From Candidatus Gastranaerophilales bacterium (lineage in GTDB: Bacteria; Cyanobacteriota; Vampirovibrionia; Gastranaerophilales; Gastranaerophilaceae): DNA of 64,000 bases. The notes beneath the pieces are model-generated. The model was not told the DNA's origin and did no database searches. It saw nothing but the letters and a program-made list of their open reading frames with translations. The stretch spans positions 2,230 to 66,229 of the forward strand of contig CALUQN010000010.1 in NCBI GenBank assembly GCA_944322945.1, given 5' to 3'. Within the stretch, counting starts at the first letter, position 1; every line of letters starts with the position of its first letter. The position numbers and the translations under genes were made by a program. Below, in pieces: positions 9,181-17,089 of the stretch.

Positions 9181-9198
9181 ATTGTAAACTTTTGTATA
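9181..9198 (-). promoter_or_regulatory. HLR1-like direct repeat (1 mismatch)
   Basis: Minus strand reads TATACAAA-AG-TTTACAAT against the consensus (G/T)TTACA(T/A)(T/A)-N2-(G/T)TTACA(T/A)(T/A). Located between the divergent genes 8368..9141 and dfx. Confidence 0.4.
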
Positions 9199-9281
9199 GA
9201 AATATTCCACCCTGATGTTCGTCCGCAGGGTAATGTTTTTTCTGAATAAAGGGAATATTTTGTTTATGAAAGGAGTGAAAA

Positions 9282-9677
9282 ATGACGAAAAAATTAGAAT
9301 TATACCGATGTAATATATGCGGCAATCTTGCAGAAGTAATCATTCCGGGCGCGGGAGAACTCGTCTGCTGCGGTGAGTCGATGGAACTTTTAGAGGCGAA
9401 AAATAATGATGCTGAAGCAAACGAAAAACACGTACCTGTTTTTATGAAAGATGAACAGGGAAAAAATGAAGTCAGAGTGGGTAGTACTCTGCATCCTATG
9501 GAAGAAAACCATTATATTATGTTTATAGAAACAATTACTCCTGATTACAACAGAGCCGAATTGCAGTATTTGCATCCCGGAGAGGAAGCTAAAATGCTAA
9601 TCGGCGAAAAGCTCGGCAAGGAACTTGCCAGAGAGTTTTGTAGTATTCACGGGTTATGGGAGGGCAAAAGTGATTAG
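9282..9677 (+). CDS. dfx: desulfoferrodoxin (2Fe superoxide reductase)
   Basis: N-terminal desulforedoxin CxxC...CC (YRCNICGN...ELVCCGESM). EKHVPV and the SOR domain. RBS AAAGGAG. Confidence 0.9.
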   Translation: MTKKLELYRCNICGNLAEVIIPGAGELVCCGESMELLEAKNNDAEANEKHVPVFMKDEQGKNEVRVGSTLHPMEENHYIMFIETITPDYNRAELQYLHPGEEAKMLIGEKLGKELAREFCSIHGLWEGKSD

Positions 9678-10179
9678 TGATAAAGTCAGAAATATCCTTA
9701 ACGAACAGATTAACAAAGAATTTTATTCCGCTTATTTGTATCTTGCTATGTCTGCTTATTTTGACGAAATTGGTCTTTACGGTTTTTCTAACTGGACTAA
9801 AGTGCAGGCTCGGGAAGAAGTTGACCACGGGATGATTCTTTTTGATTATTTGATTGACAGGAATACGAAAGTCGAACTTATGAGTATAGACACGCCGGAT
9901 TCAGAATTTACAAGCCCTATGCAGGTTTTTGAGAAAATACTTTCTCATGAAATTTCTGTTACTGAAAGTATAAACAGAGTTGCCGCGCTTTCTGACGATG
10001 AATGTGATTTGGCGACAAGAAATTTCATAAACTGGTATATAGCAGAACAAGTCGAGGAGGAAGCTGCGGTTAGGGATGTTATCACAAAATTAGGTATGTT
10101 TGGAGACGAAAAAGCTTCATTATACCTGTTAGACAGAGAGTTTAAAGAACGTGATTACCGCGCTCATTCTTATAAGTAA
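9670..10179 (+). CDS. ferritin (non-haem)
   Basis: ISDKVRNILNEQINKEFYSAYLYLAMSAYF...REEVDHG ferroxidase-centre pattern. A GTG start at 9670 overlapping the dfx stop by 8 nt gives a canonical N-terminus. Confidence 0.85.
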   Translation: MISDKVRNILNEQINKEFYSAYLYLAMSAYFDEIGLYGFSNWTKVQAREEVDHGMILFDYLIDRNTKVELMSIDTPDSEFTSPMQVFEKILSHEISVTESINRVAALSDDECDLATRNFINWYIAEQVEEEAAVRDVITKLGMFGDEKASLYLLDREFKERDYRAHSYK

Positions 10180-10207
10180 ATTCAATTTTTAACTGCATAG
10201 TTTTTTC

Positions 10208-10234
10208 AAGACGTCTTTTGACGTCTTTTTTTTT
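10208..10234 (+). terminator. rho-independent terminator after the ferritin gene
   Basis: AAGACGTC-TTTT-GACGTCTT stem-loop followed by a T-run. Confidence 0.75.
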
Positions 10235-10306
10235 ATTCAAAAATAGCTAATATTGCGATTTTGTAATCAATTTGTCCGTTTTTTCAAAATATTTTATTAT
10301 ATAAGT

Positions 10307-11917
10307 ATGCAAAAAGGGAAAATAGTCGTAGTTGATGATGAAAAAATGGTTACCTCAGCTTTCAAAACACTTTTAAAAGTAGAGGGCTTTACTGACGCTG
10401 CGTTTTTTAATAACCCTAAAGATGCTGTTGAATATTTAAAATCTGAAAATCCCGATTTGATAATATCTGATTTTATGATGCCGGAAATGAACGGTCTTGA
10501 ATTTTTGACTGAAGCCAAAAAACTTCATCCGGAAACAAGCATGATACTATTGACAGGCTATGCCGATAAAGAAAATGCAATCCGTGCTATAAATGAGGTC
10601 GGACTTTACAAATACATAGAAAAACCATGGGATAACGACGACTTGTTGATGAATATCAAAAACGGTATTGAACGCAGCCATCTGTTATCTGATTTGCGAA
10701 ATACTATTGCGGAACTTGAAGATGCTAAGAACAAGCTTCAGGCTTATTCTGAAAATCTTGAAGCTCTTGTTGCCGAGCGTACAAAAGAATTAACCGAAGC
10801 AAACGCAAAATTGAGCGGAATTGTCAACTACTGCGCAGACGGAATTATTATTATTGATAAGACAGGCGGCATTATACAGGTCAATCCGGCTTGCGAAAAC
10901 CTTATCGGTATGTCGCAAAAATCCCTTGCAAAAATGAAGTTTCAGGAGATAGCATATTCTCACAAACCAGAGATGAATTCTTCCGCTAATAACCAAAACG
11001 GCGGAATATTCGGGCTTAACGCAGATAAAAGTGAAGTTATACTTAGAGATTATTTTATTGTGAATAAGCTGAGCAAAGAACATGTACCGGTAGAAATTAG
11101 TTTTGCTGCTATATCTGCTGAAAACTCACTGCCTGAAAGATATGTCGGCGTTATACGTGATGTTAGCGTACAAAAAGAGACTGAAAAACTTCGAGATGAT
11201 TTTATAGCTACATTGACACATGACTTGCGCACACCTCTTCTTGCAGCTATCCAGACTTTGAAATTTTTCCTGGAAGGCGCACTGGGCGAACTATCAGAAA
11301 AACAAACAGTTTTACTGACGACAATGCTTGGCAGTAATGAAGATTTGCTCGGGCTTGTGAATGCTCTGCTTGAGGTTTACAGGTTTGACAGCGGAAAGTT
11401 AGAGCTGTGCAAAACGTCTTTTAATTTTAAAAATCTCGTCGAACAGTGTTATGAAGAAATAAAGCCGCTTGCACAGAAAAAGGATATAGATTTTATCCTT
11501 AATTGTGAAATTCCTGATAATAGTGAAATTTACGCGGACAAAGCTGAACTCAAACGAGTTATCATCAATCTTTGCGGCAATGCCGTAAATTACACAAATA
11601 AAGGCGGAAAAATTGAAATTCTTACAAAAATTCAATCCGGTGATCTGATTTTTTCAGTAACAGACAATGGCAACGGAATTCCAAAAGAGGATTTGCCGCT
11701 GTTATTCAAAAGATTTTCACAGGGGACAAGCCGCAAACGTTCGACAGGTACAGGATTGGGACTTTATCTTTCCCGTCAGATTATAGAAGCTCACGGCGGT
11801 AAAATCTGGGCAGAAAGCAAACTGGATAAGGGCAGTGAATTTTCTTTCCTCTTAACCGGGGTTGAAGATATAAAAAATGGCAGAAATTTAACAGAAAGGC
11901 AGAAAGTAAATGGTTAG
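10307..11917 (+). CDS. hybrid sensor: receiver + coiled coil + PAS + HisKA/HATPase histidine kinase
   Basis: REC (VVVDDE...IISDFMMPEMNG). PAS-like region. H-box FIATLTHDLRTPL. G-boxes DNGNGI and GTGLGL. ATG at 10307 chosen. Confidence 0.85.
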   Translation: MQKGKIVVVDDEKMVTSAFKTLLKVEGFTDAAFFNNPKDAVEYLKSENPDLIISDFMMPEMNGLEFLTEAKKLHPETSMILLTGYADKENAIRAINEVGLYKYIEKPWDNDDLLMNIKNGIERSHLLSDLRNTIAELEDAKNKLQAYSENLEALVAERTKELTEANAKLSGIVNYCADGIIIIDKTGGIIQVNPACENLIGMSQKSLAKMKFQEIAYSHKPEMNSSANNQNGGIFGLNADKSEVILRDYFIVNKLSKEHVPVEISFAAISAENSLPERYVGVIRDVSVQKETEKLRDDFIATLTHDLRTPLLAAIQTLKFFLEGALGELSEKQTVLLTTMLGSNEDLLGLVNALLEVYRFDSGKLELCKTSFNFKNLVEQCYEEIKPLAQKKDIDFILNCEIPDNSEIYADKAELKRVIINLCGNAVNYTNKGGKIEILTKIQSGDLIFSVTDNGNGIPKEDLPLLFKRFSQGTSRKRSTGTGLGLYLSRQIIEAHGGKIWAESKLDKGSEFSFLLTGVEDIKNGRNLTERQKVNG

Positions 11918-12575
11918 GGTGTTAATTGTTGAAGATCACGATATGGCAAGAATGGGGCTTTCCGTGATACTCGGAAGTAACGCTAATATAGAAATTGCAG
12001 ATATGTCATCTGACGGTCAGGACGGTGTAAACAAGGCACTGGAGCTGGAACCTGATGTTGTTATTATGGATATCGGGCTTCCGACTATAGACGGTATTGA
12101 GGCAACCCGAAAAATCAAGTCTGCAAACCCTAAAATAAAAGTTTTGATGTATACATCAAGAGAATCCGAAGATGATATATTTGATTCTTTTCAAGCAGGT
12201 GCTGACGGATATATTACAAAAGGTGCAACTGCAGAACAAACTGTTTCGGCTGTGCTTGCTGTGGGCGAGGGGGTAGCTTGGCTTGATCCTGCTATTGCAA
12301 AGGTTGTTTTAACAAATATTCGCCGTTCAACTGAAACTCAAACACGCCGCGGTGAGATAAATTATGCACTTGGCAAAAACCTTTACGGTTTAACAGAACG
12401 CGAGATGGAAGTTTTGGCTCTTATTGTTGACGGTCTTTCAAACCCGCAGATCGCGGATAAGCTCGTCATCACGCTTTCTACTACCAAAACACATGTCCAT
12501 AGTATTTTACAAAAATTATATGTGGAAAGTCGCTCAAAAGCTGTTGCCATGGCGATGAAAGAGGGGTTAGTTTAA
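11910..12575 (+). CDS. NarL/LuxR-family response regulator
   Basis: REC (LIVEDHD...VIMDIGLPTIDG) plus a LuxR HTH (LTEREMEVLALIVDGLSNPQIADKL). 8-nt overlap with the kinase gene. Confidence 0.9.
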   Translation: MVRVLIVEDHDMARMGLSVILGSNANIEIADMSSDGQDGVNKALELEPDVVIMDIGLPTIDGIEATRKIKSANPKIKVLMYTSRESEDDIFDSFQAGADGYITKGATAEQTVSAVLAVGEGVAWLDPAIAKVVLTNIRRSTETQTRRGEINYALGKNLYGLTEREMEVLALIVDGLSNPQIADKLVITLSTTKTHVHSILQKLYVESRSKAVAMAMKEGLV

Positions 12576-12588
12576 GGATTTGATTCTT

Positions 12589-14133
12589 ATGCAGTACAAA
12601 AAATCAACTTTAATTTTATTATCAGCATCTTTGCTTTTGTCTGCATTTAATGTTGTTTGTGCTGCAGTTCCGGATTATGAAGATATAAAGTTCAATGTAA
12701 GAACGGGTATTGATGACTTTAAGGACAATGTTGACGACGTAAAAGATAAAGTAGATGATTTTAAAGATGAGGTCGGAGATTTTAAAGAAGGCATTCACAT
12801 CAATATTCCAAACCCTCTTGAGCCTGACATGCGTAAGAAAGAAGCAAAACATAAACATCAGGTAGAAAAACAGGAGGCAAAGGAAGAATATGAGCGCAAA
12901 CGTCAGGAGATAAATCCTTCAGGTTTTATGACTGTGGAGGAGTATGAACAGCGTTCAAAGGCAGTTGATCATACGCAGGATGAAATTGAAATTCCCAAGC
13001 CGGAAAAAGAATCTGATATGAAATATGTTCCGCAGTATACCTATAAAATAGTTAAGTATAACAATCCGCCTGGAACTCCTGAACTTTCAATAAAAAAGAA
13101 ATTTTACACAATGAAGCACATGAATATGCAGGGAATTGCTTCTCCGGATTTTACTAAGCTTGTTTATCCCGTTGTGTATTACTACGCAAATGGGGCGTCT
13201 GTCGCGTGTGAGCTTTTTGTAATTCCGCTGGATGAAAGCGAAACCAATCTTAACAAGCTCATGAAAGCTAATGTAAAGAAAAGGCTTCCTGATCCGATTT
13301 TGTCTACAGACAGAACAATTGATAATGCCTTAACTTTTAGAACTCTTACACCTATTGATTTTTCTGTTGACGGTAATCTTCTTCTCGCAAAGGAAAAAAT
13401 CGGCAGCAGTGCAGACGGCATCTGGCAGACTAATGCTATTGTTTATCACTTTGACACAAAAATGTCTTATGATCTGGTAGAGGTGCGCGATGCTATTGTT
13501 TATTACTGGAAAGAGAATAAAAGCCTAAATCTTGAAGATAAGCGCTGGGATATTTATCCAATCGGGTTTGATATAAATAATCCGGATAGAGTCATTGTTC
13601 AGGCTTATGGATTTACCGGAGACACGCCCGTATTTTTGGGGACTTGGAGTATTGACAGCAAGGGCGAACAGTCTCGGCTTGAAACTTTTGTTAATGCGGA
13701 AAACAGAGTCAGTATGAACGGTTTTAAGCTAGTTCAGGACGGAGTTATAAAACCCAGTGTTTCTGCGGCTGAAGAAAAACAGCTCCAGCGTTTTGAAAGA
13801 GAAAAAGCAAAAGCAAAACGTGATGAAGATAAGGCTAAGCGTGATGCTTTGAAAGAAGAGTACAAAGCTAAAATTAAGGCTATGGACGAAAAGTATTACG
13901 AAGAGCAGCATAACTTTAACCTGCAGCAGCGTGTTAAGGGCTCGACTTCCGGCAATGACGCGGTTGAAATGTATGAACAGTTAAAAGCTGAAGAAATTAA
14001 AAAATACCTTGAAAAGCAGGAAAAATTAAATGCTAAAGAACAGCAGCGCATAGAAAAATTGCTCAATGAAGCTCAGAAATATCAGGATGCGGCTGATGCG
14101 GTTGAAGTTCCGGAGCCGAAGCTGAGTGAATAA
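12589..14133 (+). CDS. secreted hypothetical protein with acidic DDFKD repeats and a K/E-rich coiled-coil tail
   Basis: Signal peptide. GIDDFKDNVDDVKDKVDDFKDEVGDFKEG repeats. C-terminal EKAKAKRDEDKAKRDALKEEYKAK. Lies directly after the two-component genes. Confidence 0.65.
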   Translation: MQYKKSTLILLSASLLLSAFNVVCAAVPDYEDIKFNVRTGIDDFKDNVDDVKDKVDDFKDEVGDFKEGIHINIPNPLEPDMRKKEAKHKHQVEKQEAKEEYERKRQEINPSGFMTVEEYEQRSKAVDHTQDEIEIPKPEKESDMKYVPQYTYKIVKYNNPPGTPELSIKKKFYTMKHMNMQGIASPDFTKLVYPVVYYYANGASVACELFVIPLDESETNLNKLMKANVKKRLPDPILSTDRTIDNALTFRTLTPIDFSVDGNLLLAKEKIGSSADGIWQTNAIVYHFDTKMSYDLVEVRDAIVYYWKENKSLNLEDKRWDIYPIGFDINNPDRVIVQAYGFTGDTPVFLGTWSIDSKGEQSRLETFVNAENRVSMNGFKLVQDGVIKPSVSAAEEKQLQRFEREKAKAKRDEDKAKRDALKEEYKAKIKAMDEKYYEEQHNFNLQQRVKGSTSGNDAVEMYEQLKAEEIKKYLEKQEKLNAKEQQRIEKLLNEAQKYQDAADAVEVPEPKLSE

Positions 14134-14368
14134 GCTCCAGCTTTTTGGCGCGCGGCAGCTTTTTAATCCGGCATTCTTCTTTCATTGCATCAGATTTTGT
14201 CTGAAATTCTTTTGAGTAGACTATTTTGTTTGGTTTATGCACTCTTGTATATTTTGCGCCCTGTCCGCAGGCATGCGCGGCAAACCGTTTTTCAATATCA
14301 TCCGTGTAGCCGCAGTAGAGCTTGTCGTCTTCAGTCAAAAGTATGTAGACATAATAGTTTTTATCCAT
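14063..14368 (-). CDS. GIY-YIG nuclease-family protein (YhbQ-like)
   Basis: YYVYILLTEDDKLYCGYTDDIEKRFAAH...GAKYT signature. The 3' tail overlaps the convergent gene by 71 nt. Confidence 0.8.
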   Translation of the reverse strand: MDKNYYVYILLTEDDKLYCGYTDDIEKRFAAHACGQGAKYTRVHKPNKIVYSKEFQTKSDAMKEECRIKKLPRAKKLELIHSASAPELQPHQPHPDISELH

Positions 14369-14383
14369 ATTTTTATTCTAATC

Positions 14384-14410
14384 AAAAAGGACGGTTTAAA
14401 AACCGCCCTT
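14384..14410 (-). terminator. rho-independent terminator of the Cys-rich protein gene
   Basis: Minus strand: GGGCGGT-loop-ACCGTCC followed by TTTTT. Confidence 0.55.
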
Positions 14411-14455
14411 TAATGTATCTTTTCTTTATTTCTCTCAAATTACATCTGTTTTGTA

Positions 14456-14797
14456 TTAGCAGAAGGAAGAAAACCCGCCTGAAGAACCGCAGGAACCGCC
14501 AGTGCTGCATCCTGCCGATACTGCGCATCCGCCGGCGCTGATTGTTGCTACTGCTGATGAAAAATTGCTTAAAAATCCGCCTGCTGTTGAACTGCCGTCT
14601 GTGCAGTTTGCATAGCTTGCATAATCTATTGAAACCGGATTGCTTGTCGTAAATGTGTCGTAAGAATTCATTGCCAGATAATCAGATTTTTGACCCATAG
14701 GCATTAAAGCAAGTGATCCTGCTGTTTCTACCGTTTCTACAGGTTTATTAGCGTTGTTAACTCTTTCAGCTTGTGTTTGTCTTGTTGCTACGTTCAT
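14456..14797 (-). CDS. 113-aa protein with a Cys/Gly/Ser-rich C-terminus
   Basis: ATG at 14797 has AAGGAG 7 nt upstream. The C-terminus is ISAGGCAVSAGCSTGGSCGSSGGFSSFC. The gene has its own terminator. Confidence 0.6.
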   Translation of the reverse strand: MNVATRQTQAERVNNANKPVETVETAGSLALMPMGQKSDYLAMNSYDTFTTSNPVSIDYASYANCTDGSSTAGGFLSNFSSAVATISAGGCAVSAGCSTGGSCGSSGGFSSFC

Positions 14798-14883
14798 TAA
14801 CTGCTCCTTAATTGCTCTCGTGTTATTACTTACATATATATAAACTAATTTTCTTTTTCCCAATTTCAGCATGTATGTTTTTT

Positions 14884-14901
14884 GTTACATTTGTTTACAA
14901 A
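14884..14901 (+). promoter_or_regulatory. perfect HLR1 (RpaB-type) direct repeat
   Basis: GTTACATT-TG-TTTACAAA matches the consensus with no mismatch. Located in a divergent intergenic region. Confidence 0.6.
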
Positions 14902-14976
14902 TAGTTTGTACCTGTCAAAAATCTTTATTCAGGGACTTATAATATAGAAACACATAAGTAAAGAAAGAGGTATAAC

Positions 14977-15261
14977 ATGCGCATTAATCCTGTTATGAAT
15001 ACACAAGTTCATTTTCAAAGAAATAATAATGACAAGCAGCCGCAGCAGGCTTCCGCAATGAAGAATATTGCAAAGGCAGTAGTTGTGGTTCCGTTAATCA
15101 TGCCGGTTGTTGTTTCCTGTGACCATGACCCAATTGATATTGATATAGACAGAACACACGATATACATGTTAAAGATTCTGTTACTCATGACTCAAATCA
15201 TGACCATTATGAAACCAGAGCAATCAATTTTAACGATGCTTCTCTCGATATAGTCGGGTAA
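14977..15261 (+). CDS. small His/Asp-rich protein, possible lipoprotein
   Basis: RBS GAAAGAGG. Hydrophobic segment ending in the lipobox-like VVSC. The putative mature part CDHDPIDIDIDRTHDIHVKDSVTHDSNHDHYE is rich in His and Asp. Confidence 0.55.
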   Translation: MRINPVMNTQVHFQRNNNDKQPQQASAMKNIAKAVVVVPLIMPVVVSCDHDPIDIDIDRTHDIHVKDSVTHDSNHDHYETRAINFNDASLDIVG

Positions 15262-15346
15262 TATAAATCATTAGGTTGATTAAGTTCCATCAGAGGATGG
15301 ATGAACTCTACCCTTTAAAACTTTATCATTGTAATGTGAAAAAAGT

Positions 15347-16018
15347 TTGATTAGGGGAGAGCTTTTGAAAAGGATAATATTTTTAATTGAATTTGTTTTT
15401 ATATTTGCATTGAGCACAATCGGTGTTTCAGCTGCTGATAATGTATTGAGTGCAGTAATACTTGAAGGGGTGGATAACGGATACAATATAACCCTCAAAA
15501 CAGATACTACTGCAAAAGTGAAAAAGGTGGTACAGGCTCCCGATAAAGTTACTCTGGTATTAAACGGGGTTAGTTCGGCACCGGAGGTGAATGTGTTTTA
15601 TAAAAATACACCGGATGCAAGCAGTCTCATTGTGGAAAACAGCAGCAGAAATGATGTGAAAGTTCATATAAAGGCTGATAATATTGCAAATTCAAATATA
15701 ATATTTGATTTGCCGGCATCTGCTCCTGTTTTCGTTACTGATTCCGCACAAAATGAAAATGTTGCATTTAACGTTTTTGCGGCAGGGTTAGTGATTGCTT
15801 TAATTGTGCTTATAAAGTCGGTTGCGACAGAAAAGCAGACAGACAAAACCATTGCTGAACGAGGTTTGAAAGATCGTGAACTTGAATTATACAGGAATTA
15901 TTCAAGAAATCTTAACAGTCCTGTAAGCATAAGTACCGCCGGTACAAAAGATTACGCGTCAAATGTTATGGATAGACGCAGAACAATACGCAGCATGCAG
16001 TCATTTGCGCGCAAATAG
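15347..16018 (+). CDS. hypothetical exported/membrane protein (AMIN-like beta domain?)
   Basis: Signal-like N-terminus (the true start may be TTG 15365, after GGGGAG). One C-proximal TM helix. The AMIN resemblance is weak. Confidence 0.55.
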   Translation: MIRGELLKRIIFLIEFVFIFALSTIGVSAADNVLSAVILEGVDNGYNITLKTDTTAKVKKVVQAPDKVTLVLNGVSSAPEVNVFYKNTPDASSLIVENSSRNDVKVHIKADNIANSNIIFDLPASAPVFVTDSAQNENVAFNVFAAGLVIALIVLIKSVATEKQTDKTIAERGLKDRELELYRNYSRNLNSPVSISTAGTKDYASNVMDRRRTIRSMQSFARK

Positions 16019-16027
16019 GAATTAATT

Positions 16028-16219
16028 ATGGCTATTAGAGTTTTGTTAATACTTATATCGTTATTTTTACTGGTAAACATTGTAATAATTGCAGTTAGTG
16101 CCATTACAGGTGTTAATCTTTATCAAAAGCATGGCTCTGTAATATGGAAGGGGTACTTGATATTCATACTCTTCATAGTAGGATTATATACACTTCTGGC
16201 ACTTTTGGGGTTGGAATAG
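16028..16219 (+). CDS. small two-helix membrane protein
   Basis: 63 aa, two hydrophobic helices. Lies 9 nt upstream of the SPFH gene, the position typical of an NfeD-like partner. Confidence 0.5.
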   Translation: MAIRVLLILISLFLLVNIVIIAVSAITGVNLYQKHGSVIWKGYLIFILFIVGLYTLLALLGLE

Positions 16220-16228
16220 GGAGGAATT

Positions 16229-17011
16229 ATGGATAAAAAATCATTAGCAACACCGATGTTAGTAGTGATACTTCTTGTATTGTTTGTTATATTGTGTAAT
16301 CCGATAGCAATGGTCGGTGTCGGTGAGCGTGGTGTTAAGGTTACACTGGGTATGGTGTCGCCTACAAGTTATACGGAAGGTATTCACCTGATTACGCCGT
16401 TTATCTCAAAAATAAAGACAATGGATGTTAAAACACAAAAGGTTTACATTCAGACTCCGGTTTATACAAAAGACATCCAGCAGGCTAATATTTCTTATGT
16501 AATCAATTTTAATTTGCAGCCTGAAAATGTTCACAAAATGTACAGAGAAGTCGGTATGGCTTACAAAGATACAGTTTTGATGCCGGTTGTCGAGGGTACA
16601 ATAAAAGATGTCATTGGTAAATGGAATGCACAGGACTTGGTTGCAAACCGTGAAATTGCTACCCGTGAAATTTTAGATAAACTGGTAAAACAACTTGCTC
16701 CTAGATATATCAATGTAACAGGGTTCCAGATGACGGAAATTAAATACTCAGATGTATTTGAACGAGCAATTGAAAGTAAAGTTACTGCTGAGCAGGAAGC
16801 TTTAAAAGCTAAAAACAAAACTGTTCAAATACAGGAAGAAGCAAGACAAAAAGTTATATCTGCAGAGGCTGAAGCACGTTCTATGGCTATCAGAGCAAAT
16901 GCCCTTACTCAAAACAAAGCACTTGTACAATACGAAGCCGTGCAAAAATGGGACGGTAAAATGCCTCAATATATGCTTGGCGGTTCAATGCCGTTCATTA
17001 ATATCAAATAA
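16229..17011 (+). CDS. SPFH/band-7 (prohibitin-like) protein
   Basis: N-terminal TM helix, GERGVKVTLG...IHLITPF, and a coiled-coil tail. RBS GGGAGG. Confidence 0.85.
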   Translation: MDKKSLATPMLVVILLVLFVILCNPIAMVGVGERGVKVTLGMVSPTSYTEGIHLITPFISKIKTMDVKTQKVYIQTPVYTKDIQQANISYVINFNLQPENVHKMYREVGMAYKDTVLMPVVEGTIKDVIGKWNAQDLVANREIATREILDKLVKQLAPRYINVTGFQMTEIKYSDVFERAIESKVTAEQEALKAKNKTVQIQEEARQKVISAEAEARSMAIRANALTQNKALVQYEAVQKWDGKMPQYMLGGSMPFINIK

Positions 17012-17045
17012 TTACTTGACTCAAACATTAATATAGCGATTGAAT

Positions 17046-17072
17046 ATCCGCTCAATTATTGGGCGGATTTTA
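17046..17072 (+). terminator. terminator hairpin between convergent genes
   Basis: ATCCGC-loop-GCGGAT followed by TTTTA. Confidence 0.5.
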
Positions 17073-17089
17073 TTATTTTAAACTGAATA

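Noticed and set aside
9625-9669. ATG at 9625 as the ferritin start.
   Set aside because: It would add 15 atypical residues and a 53-nt overlap with dfx. GTG 9670 yields the canonical ferritin N-terminus. This remains unproven.
10259-10280. HLR1-like words here (GGACAAAT..ATTACAAA on the minus strand) and at 3417..3434, 43600..43617 and 47044..47061.
   Set aside because: Each has three or more mismatches or the wrong spacing. They are indistinguishable from AT-rich background.
14185-14541. 118-aa plus-strand ORF.
   Set aside because: It is antisense to the well-supported GIY-YIG gene and spans a terminator. It is Arg-rich and low-complexity.
14884-14915. Reading the TGTAAC/GTTACA repeats as NtcA/CRP-type GTA-N8-TAC palindromes.
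   Set aside because: The spacing gives GTA-N8-TAA, and the repeats are direct rather than inverted. The HLR1 direct-repeat model fits every position.
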